Shown here one piece after another: positions 57,766 to 64,000 of a stretch of 64,000 nt of DNA. The stretch's first letter is position 1, and each line of letters starts with the position of its first letter. The notes under the pieces are model-generated. The model worked only from the letters and a program-made list of their open reading frames with translations, searched no databases and was not told where the DNA came from. Source of the DNA: Polyangiaceae bacterium (GTDB taxonomy: Bacteria > Myxococcota_A > Polyangia > Polyangiales > Polyangiaceae); NCBI GenBank assembly GCA_050287085.1, contig JBNKBE010000002.1, forward strand, positions 1-64,000, written 5' to 3'. A program made the position numbers and the translations under genes.

Positions 57766-59769
57766 ATGATCGATGGCTTGAGCGATGTTCTGAATCGGAA
57801 ACTGGAGCTTCTGCCGGCGCGTCCGGGGGTCTACATCTTTCGCGATCGCGAAGGTCACGCCCTCTACGTGGGCAAAGCCAAGAGTCTTCGCTCCCGTGTG
57901 CGCTCGTACTTTCAGGCAGGTTCCAGCGATGATCGACAGCTCTTGCCGGCTCTCGTGGCGCGGATCGCCGATCTCGACACGGTGGTTGTCGACACCGAGA
58001 AAGAAGCGGCCATCCTCGAAAACAGCTTGATCAAGGAGAAGCAGCCGCCCTTCAACATCAAGCTGCGCGACGATAAGGAGTACCTCACGTTGCGGCTCGA
58101 CCCCAATGAGTCTTGGCCTCGGCTTACGCTCGTGCGTGTGCCCGCGGCGGATCGCGCGGAGTATTTTGGCCCCTATCATACGGCCACCGCTGCGCGTCGT
58201 ACGCTGCATCTGGTGGAGAAGCACTTTCGCCTGCGCACGTGCAGCGATCGCGAAATGGAGTCCCGGACCCGTCCTTGTCTCCAGTATCAAATCAAGCGCT
58301 GCGATGCTCCATGCGTGGGGCTGTGCGAGCGCGAGCAGTACCAGCAGCTCGTGCGAGCGGTTCAGCTGTTTCTCTCCGACTGCCACGACGAGCTCAGCAC
58401 GACTTTGGAGCAACAGATGGCGCATGCGGCTGAAACGCTGGAGTATGAGCGGGCGATGGCCTACCGCGATCAGCTGCGCGCAGTGGCGGCACTCAGGCAG
58501 AAGCAGCGCGTGGTCAGCGTGGGCGGCCTCGATCAGGACGTGTTGGGGCTCTACCGTGAAGGTGACATGCTGGAACTGGCCGTGATGGTGGTGCGGGGGG
58601 GGCGTATGGTGGACGCCTATTCGCTAGCCTCTCCTCGCACCGAGCTGGACGCCGGTGAGATCGTCGCTGCGTTTCTGAGGGAGCAATACGCCGCGGGTCG
58701 CGTACCCCACGAGATCTTGGTGCCGGTCCTGCCGGACGGCGCGGAAGGGATCGCGCAGTGGCTGTCCGAGCGTCAAGCGGCGGAGCCTGGCAGTCGCCGT
58801 CGGGTGAGACTGCTCGTCCCCCAGCGGGGGCCCCGCTCAGCGCTGCTGCAGCTGGCCCTGGACAACGCCAAACATGCATTTTTGGAGAAGCAACGGGCTC
58901 AGGGCGAGCGTGAGCAGCGCCTCAAGCAGCTGCAAGAGAAGCTGCGTTTACCGGAGCTACCGCGCCGTATCGAGTGCACGGACATCTCACACTTGGGCGG
59001 TGATGATACCGTGGGCTCGGTCGTGGCCATGCTCGATGGTCAGCTCGACAAGGCGCGCTATCGCACTTATCGAGTGAAGAGCGAAACACGTGGCGACGAC
59101 TATCTGGCCATGTACGAAGTGCTGCGCCGTCGCTTTCGCCGCGGTGGGGAAGCGCGCGAGGGCGAGGCCTGGAGCTTGCCCGACCTATTTGTAGTGGACG
59201 GCGGGCGGGGCCAACTGGCCGTGGCGATGGCGGCAGCTCGCGACTTGGGACTGGCGCAGTTGCAGTTGGCCGGCCTAGCGAAGGAACGCGAGACCGCCTC
59301 AGGGCAAACCTTGGTGGATCGGGTCTACCTCCCAGGACAGAAAAATCCGATCGCATTGCGCGAGCACAGCTCCGCCCTGTTCTTGCTCGCGCAGCTACGA
59401 GACGAAGCCCACCGCTTTGCCAACTTGGGGCGCAGCCGAGCCGGGACGCGTCGGCGCTTGCAGAGCGCGCTCGACGGCATCGCTGGCATTGGTCCCAAAA
59501 CCCGGGTTGCGCTGTTGCGAGCCTTCGGCTCCGTCGCCAACGTGCTGTCGGCAACGGAAAGCGAACTCCTGGCGGTTTCCGGAGTCAATCGACGACACGT
59601 CGGCGCCCTGGAAGCGTTCCGCCGTGAACATATGCCTGACAACCCTGTTGGCGGATATGACACCGATGTTGGCGACGAGGAGGTGTGGTCGTCGCCCCAA
59701 GAGCCAGACGATGCGTTGGACGCTGATGGCACGGAAGGTGCTTCGGCGGAGCCCAGCTCTTCCCAGTGA
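57766..59769 (+). CDS. uvrC: Excinuclease ABC subunit C
   Basis: PGVY..YVGKAKSLR GIY-YIG, Cys cluster, RIECTDISH, DGGRGQ, RDEAHRFA and HhH GIGPK. Confidence 0.97.
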   Translation: MIDGLSDVLNRKLELLPARPGVYIFRDREGHALYVGKAKSLRSRVRSYFQAGSSDDRQLLPALVARIADLDTVVVDTEKEAAILENSLIKEKQPPFNIKLRDDKEYLTLRLDPNESWPRLTLVRVPAADRAEYFGPYHTATAARRTLHLVEKHFRLRTCSDREMESRTRPCLQYQIKRCDAPCVGLCEREQYQQLVRAVQLFLSDCHDELSTTLEQQMAHAAETLEYERAMAYRDQLRAVAALRQKQRVVSVGGLDQDVLGLYREGDMLELAVMVVRGGRMVDAYSLASPRTELDAGEIVAAFLREQYAAGRVPHEILVPVLPDGAEGIAQWLSERQAAEPGSRRRVRLLVPQRGPRSALLQLALDNAKHAFLEKQRAQGEREQRLKQLQEKLRLPELPRRIECTDISHLGGDDTVGSVVAMLDGQLDKARYRTYRVKSETRGDDYLAMYEVLRRRFRRGGEAREGEAWSLPDLFVVDGGRGQLAVAMAAARDLGLAQLQLAGLAKERETASGQTLVDRVYLPGQKNPIALREHSSALFLLAQLRDEAHRFANLGRSRAGTRRRLQSALDGIAGIGPKTRVALLRAFGSVANVLSATESELLAVSGVNRRHVGALEAFRREHMPDNPVGGYDTDVGDEEVWSSPQEPDDALDADGTEGASAEPSSSQ

Positions 59770-60016
59770 GTGTCGCGCTGAGGCGGCGGCACACACGCTC
59801 GCAACTGGGCTGTGCTGCACGTCCAAAGCCTCAAACAGACAGGGAGCTCAATACAGTAAGAGTGTATTGACAACCCACGCTACGACCTGACAAACATGCC
59901 ACCCAAACCAGCAGCCGGATTGAGATCGATTCGGTTGGACCGCCCTCCCTGGCGGATCGTCTATGGACGAATCCCCGTTATCGGAGTGTCGACGTAGGTT
60001 CAAGGAGCCCTTCGAG

Positions 60017-62527
60017 ATGAAAAGCAATCGCAAAACGTCCCTTCGAGCCTTAGCGGCGGTCACAACGCTGACCGCGACGGCGCTGCTGCCGACTGGCTGC
60101 CTCGACCGCCCGGTGGGGGAAGTGACACCGCAGACCACCAACATCCTGGTGGATCAGTTGGTCCAGAGTGGCGTCGACAAGATCGACTTGCTCTTCGTCA
60201 TCGACAACTCGCTTTCCATGGCGGACAAGCAAGCCATTTTGGCGGAGGCTTTGCCCGACCTAGTGGACCGCTTCGTCAGCCCCATCTGCGTGGACGAAAA
60301 CGGGGTACCCACGGGCGAACACCCGGATAGTGCTGATGCGGATTGCACGAGCGGAGCCCGGGAGTTCAAGCCGATCCAGGACATCCACATCGGCGTCATC
60401 ACCACCAGTCTGGGGGGGTATGGTTCGGCATCGAACTGCTTGCCGGATTCCGGAGAGGAGGCGGACATGGCACGCCTGGTGGGGAGCTTGCCGCGCGCCG
60501 GGGACGCGCCGGATTTCCTCGCGTGGACCTCGAGTTCGGACCGCGGTACCTTTGTTTCCCAGTTCACTGCCCAGGTGTCCGCCGCGGGTGAGCATGGCTG
60601 CGGCTGGGAAGCTCCGCTGGAGTCGTGGTATCGTTTCTTGGTCGATCCCATTCCTTACCAGGTGATCGAACGACAGGACTGCCCGGGTGACACGAGCGGC
60701 AAGCTGCTATGTGCCGGTCCGAAGCTGGACGCCAGCGGCAATATGGTGCTCGACGAGACCATTTTGGCCCAGCGCAAGCAGTTTTTGCGACCGGACTCGC
60801 TGGTGGCCATCATCATGCTGAGCGACGAAAACGACTGCTCGTTTCAGGCCAGTGGGCGCTCGTGGACTCTCGCCCAGACTTCGTTGCCTGGAGGCGCGAT
60901 CAACGTCGCACTGCGCGCGACGACGGTGTGCCAAGAAAACCCGAACGACCCTTGTTGCCATAGCTGCGGGGTCTTGCGCAAAGACTGTCCCACTGAGAAG
61001 AGCGCGGAAGACCCTTCGAAGGAGGTTGGCGTTGGGTGCGTCGGAGGCCCGGCTTCCTATTACAGCTTGTCTATGGAGGGCATGCCTTCGGATGACGAGG
61101 CCAACCTGCGTTGTTTCCAGCAGAAGCGTCGCTTCGGGGTCGACTATCTGTACCCGGTGCAGCGGTATGCCAATGCCCTCAGCCAGTTCGAGCTGTGTCC
61201 TTTCGCGGATGACTTGAGTGCCGATAGCTCGGTGTGTTCCGATCCAAGTTATCTGCGCCCGAATCCGCTCTTCGACGACCTGACCTACGATCCCAACAAT
61301 CCCGACGCGGTTCGCGCGGTTCCCCGCGACGAGAGTTTGATCTTCTTGGCGGGCATTGTGGGGGTTCCCTGGCAGGATCTTGCCCAAACGGTGAGCGGCC
61401 AGTTGGATGTCAATGCTGAGCTCCGCTACCGCACCAACACAGCGGAAAAAGACACGAACCCCGCGGACACCCAGATTCAATGGGATTGGATCGTAGGCGA
61501 TGCCATTGATGAGGCGAACAATCTGCCTCCCGGGGGGATCCCTAACCCCGTTGATCCCATGATGGTAGAGTCGATCGACCCGCGCGACCAGCTTGGCAGG
61601 GCTAACCCCGTGACGGGGGAGGCGCCCGCTGCTCCAGCATCCAATCAGCGTGCTAACAGCATCAACGGTCACGAATGGAGCAACCTAGAGCGTCGCGACT
61701 TGCAATATGCGTGTACATTCCCGATTCAGAAAGAAACGGATTGCCCCACGCTAGAAGAGGTTAACGCCATGAAGGCGGCCGACCCAGGGGTAAAGATACC
61801 CAACTGCGACTGCACGGCCTATCCGAACGAAGCTGCCCACAATCCGCTCTGCCAATCGGATGCCAACGAATACGGCTATCGTCAGCACTACGCCAAGGCC
61901 TACCCAAGCTTGCGGCAACTGCAGGTACTCCGTCTCGTGCAGGATAAGGCGATCGTGGCTTCAATCTGTCCGAAGTCGACGGATCCGACTGAGCCCGATT
62001 ACGGCTATCGTCCAGCGGTCAAAGTTATCGTTGACACGCTGAAGAAGCAGCTGACAGACAAGTGTTTGCCTCGACCGTTGGCGGTGGATCCAACCGGGGG
62101 AGCCAAGTGCCTGTTGATCGAGGCCAAGCCGCTTGCCAGCGATACCCGAAGCTGTGGTGAGGTTGCGGCGCGCAAAGACGTTGGAAGCGACATCGCGGCA
62201 GTGGTTCGAGCTCGCTTGTTGGCCACCGACAAGTGCCAGGATGACGCGACGTGCAACCTGTATCGACTGTGTGAGATTTCGCAGTTGCCCCCTGGTCAGG
62301 ACAGCGACTGTCTGAACAATCCGAACAGCGCAAGCGGCGACGGCTGGTGTTACGTCGACCCTGGAGCGGGGATTGGTTCCCCAGCTGTGGTAGAAGGTTG
62401 TGCTGACACCGAGCAACGCAAGGTTCGCTTTGCTGGCAAGGGTACCCCGGAGAAGGGCACCGTTACGTTCTTCGCTTGTGCCGGGTCGTCACTGAGACCG
62501 GGTGAAGGCGAAGGAGAGGGCAACTGA
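60017..62527 (+). CDS. Large Cys-rich lipoprotein with vWA-like MIDAS motif
   Basis: AGGAG RBS, lipobox PTGC, KIDLLFVIDNSLSM (DxSxS), LSDENDCS and many cysteines. Confidence 0.85.
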   Translation: MKSNRKTSLRALAAVTTLTATALLPTGCLDRPVGEVTPQTTNILVDQLVQSGVDKIDLLFVIDNSLSMADKQAILAEALPDLVDRFVSPICVDENGVPTGEHPDSADADCTSGAREFKPIQDIHIGVITTSLGGYGSASNCLPDSGEEADMARLVGSLPRAGDAPDFLAWTSSSDRGTFVSQFTAQVSAAGEHGCGWEAPLESWYRFLVDPIPYQVIERQDCPGDTSGKLLCAGPKLDASGNMVLDETILAQRKQFLRPDSLVAIIMLSDENDCSFQASGRSWTLAQTSLPGGAINVALRATTVCQENPNDPCCHSCGVLRKDCPTEKSAEDPSKEVGVGCVGGPASYYSLSMEGMPSDDEANLRCFQQKRRFGVDYLYPVQRYANALSQFELCPFADDLSADSSVCSDPSYLRPNPLFDDLTYDPNNPDAVRAVPRDESLIFLAGIVGVPWQDLAQTVSGQLDVNAELRYRTNTAEKDTNPADTQIQWDWIVGDAIDEANNLPPGGIPNPVDPMMVESIDPRDQLGRANPVTGEAPAAPASNQRANSINGHEWSNLERRDLQYACTFPIQKETDCPTLEEVNAMKAADPGVKIPNCDCTAYPNEAAHNPLCQSDANEYGYRQHYAKAYPSLRQLQVLRLVQDKAIVASICPKSTDPTEPDYGYRPAVKVIVDTLKKQLTDKCLPRPLAVDPTGGAKCLLIEAKPLASDTRSCGEVAARKDVGSDIAAVVRARLLATDKCQDDATCNLYRLCEISQLPPGQDSDCLNNPNSASGDGWCYVDPGAGIGSPAVVEGCADTEQRKVRFAGKGTPEKGTVTFFACAGSSLRPGEGEGEGN

Positions 62528-62606
62528 GCGCGCTCGAGACCGCACCCGAGGTCCAACAAGGGAGCGGCAGGGCCAACTGGCCTTGACTGAGCTCGATTGA
62601 CGACAG

Positions 62607-62646
62607 CGGCGGGTCGCCTTTTAGGCGCCCGCCGTGCGTCATTTTG
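62607..62646 (+). terminator. Probable intrinsic terminator
   Basis: cggcggg(t)cgcct-loop-aggcgcccgccg followed by tgcgtcatttt. Confidence 0.55.
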
Positions 62647-62722
62647 GTGGGCTGGGAAATCTGAGAAGAGCGGGCTGGCTCTTTCGTTTGCTGGCGCTGA
62701 GCGCTAGCATCGCCGCCGGCCG

Positions 62723-63409
62723 ATGCAGTCGAAGAAGACGATAGTCGTGATCGAGGATGAGCCTCAGATCGCTTTGGGGCTCACCGACGCTCTCGAGTTC
62801 GAAGGGTTTCGCGTCGTGACGGAGGCAACGGGGCAGAGCGGTATTGCCGCGATCGCCCGAGAGCGGCCGGATGCCGTGCTTTTGGATCTGATGTTGCCGG
62901 ACATGAATGGCTACCAGGTCTGCGAACGGGTGCGCCGGAGCGATCGGCTTGTGCCGATCATCATGCTGACCGCTCGCAGCGAGGAGGTGAGCAAGATTCG
63001 GGGGCTTGAATCCGGCGCGGACGACTACGTTACCAAGCCCTTCAGCGTGGCGGAGCTAGTGGCAAGGATCCGTGCGGTGTTGCGTCGCGCAGAACGTCAA
63101 CCCGGCACGGAAATGGTTGCGATTGGGGACGTCACCGTCAACTTGAGTGCTCACACTCTGGAGCGGGGAGGCGAGACCGAGCCGCTCTCGTTTTACGAGG
63201 TGGAATTGGTGCGCGTTCTGAGCGAGCACCGGGGCCTGCCGGTGAGTCGCGACGAGCTCTTGCAGCAGGTCTGGGGTACGGAGACGACCACCAGTAACCG
63301 CACCATCGACAACTTCATCGTTAAGCTGCGGCGCAAGATCGAACGTAGCCCCGAGCGGCCAGAGCACATTCTGACGGTGTACGGCTACGGCTACAAGCTC
63401 ACTGCCTAA
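62723..63409 (+). CDS. OmpR-family response regulator
   Basis: IEDE, LDLMLPD, GADDYVTKPF and RTIDNFIVKLRRKIE..ILTVYGYGY. Confidence 0.95.
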   Translation: MQSKKTIVVIEDEPQIALGLTDALEFEGFRVVTEATGQSGIAAIARERPDAVLLDLMLPDMNGYQVCERVRRSDRLVPIIMLTARSEEVSKIRGLESGADDYVTKPFSVAELVARIRAVLRRAERQPGTEMVAIGDVTVNLSAHTLERGGETEPLSFYEVELVRVLSEHRGLPVSRDELLQQVWGTETTTSNRTIDNFIVKLRRKIERSPERPEHILTVYGYGYKLTA

Positions 63410-64000
63410 GGGGTTCGGCTTTGCCGGTCGGCGTGAGCTCCGGCTTGAGCCGCAGTACCGCCCTGGGATCTAAGTTGAGGCCAGCGTCGCGGGCCAATAG
63501 GGCATGGCTTGCTTGTCGGTTCCCTTCGGGCGGTGGCGCGCCCGGCAGGAGTTGATAGAAAGCGATGAGGGTGCCGCGCAATCGGGCTTTGGCAACCAGA
63601 GAATAGACCGTCCGGGAGCCCTGGGATTCGACCGCTTCATGCGCATACAGCACCCAGCCGGCGTCACCGTCGGAGCGCTGAGCTTCTCCCTTCTGATTTC
63701 GGATCACGGGAGGAGCTATCTCCTCAGTAGCGACCCATAGAGCGAGGCCCGTCGCCGGAAGCGGCGCGTCTAGGAGCCCGTCGTAGAGGACCCGAAGCTC
63801 AGCGCCATCAGGTACCTGATAGGCCCGGAGATCGGTGGGTAAGCCACTCGGTAGCGCGAGGGACACTCCGCCGCCTTGTTCTAGTTGGGTCGCAGGGGAC
63901 GGAGCGGGAATACAGATGGCGTTGTCCGGCAGCGTGCCCGGCGGACACTCCGACTCGCCAGAGCGTGGCGCTTTCAGCCGCCCCACCACGAGCTGATCGG
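63399..64000 (-). CDS. Hypothetical protein, probably 5'-truncated by the window edge
   Basis: The frame stays open to the window end; CPPGTLPD..CIP motif. Confidence 0.55.
   Translation of the reverse strand, partial: DQLVVGRLKAPRSGESECPPGTLPDNAICIPAPSPATQLEQGGGVSLALPSGLPTDLRAYQVPDGAELRVLYDGLLDAPLPATGLALWVATEEIAPPVIRNQKGEAQRSDGDAGWVLYAHEAVESQGSRTVYSLVAKARLRGTLIAFYQLLPGAPPPEGNRQASHALLARDAGLNLDPRAVLRLKPELTPTGKAEPLRQ

Noticed and set aside
59770..60016. Sigma70 promoter at TTGACA (~59866)
   Set aside because: No convincing -10 element at 16-18-bp spacing.

Overview
GC-rich, gene-dense bacterial chromosome segment. It is probably from a Myxococcota (Polyangiales-like) organism; this is inferred from a MYXO-CTERM-like protease tail, GYF_2 and DUF4388/PATAN-like proteins and Cys-rich vWA-type lipoproteins. 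It holds about 51 CDSs and one tRNA-Arg(CCT). Most are housekeeping genes: glnS with a GatB/YqeY extension, purL, uvrC, holB, hemB, thiE, menB, serB, an RlmD-like methyltransferase, a RoxA-like hydroxylase, an ABC-F ATPase, a YgiQ radical SAM protein, a maoC-fabG-fadI-like lipid operon and yeaH-spoVR. No integrase, transposase, prophage, CRISPR array or rRNA was seen. The best candidates for poorly described systems are: (1) a module at 40.7-45.0 kb with a roadblock-like protein, a PATAN/MshEN-like protein, a permease-less PstB-like ABC ATPase fused to a CX5R phosphatase, and a DUF4388-TM-AgmX-like protein; (2) an overlapping DUF455 di-iron / ATP-grasp-like gene pair; (3) a ~160-bp dispersed REP-like intergenic element present twice; (4) a TetR regulator with His/Met/Gln/Pro-rich tails behind a 700-bp repeat-containing intergenic region. 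All family calls come from motif recognition by eye, not database searches, and many start codons are best guesses.
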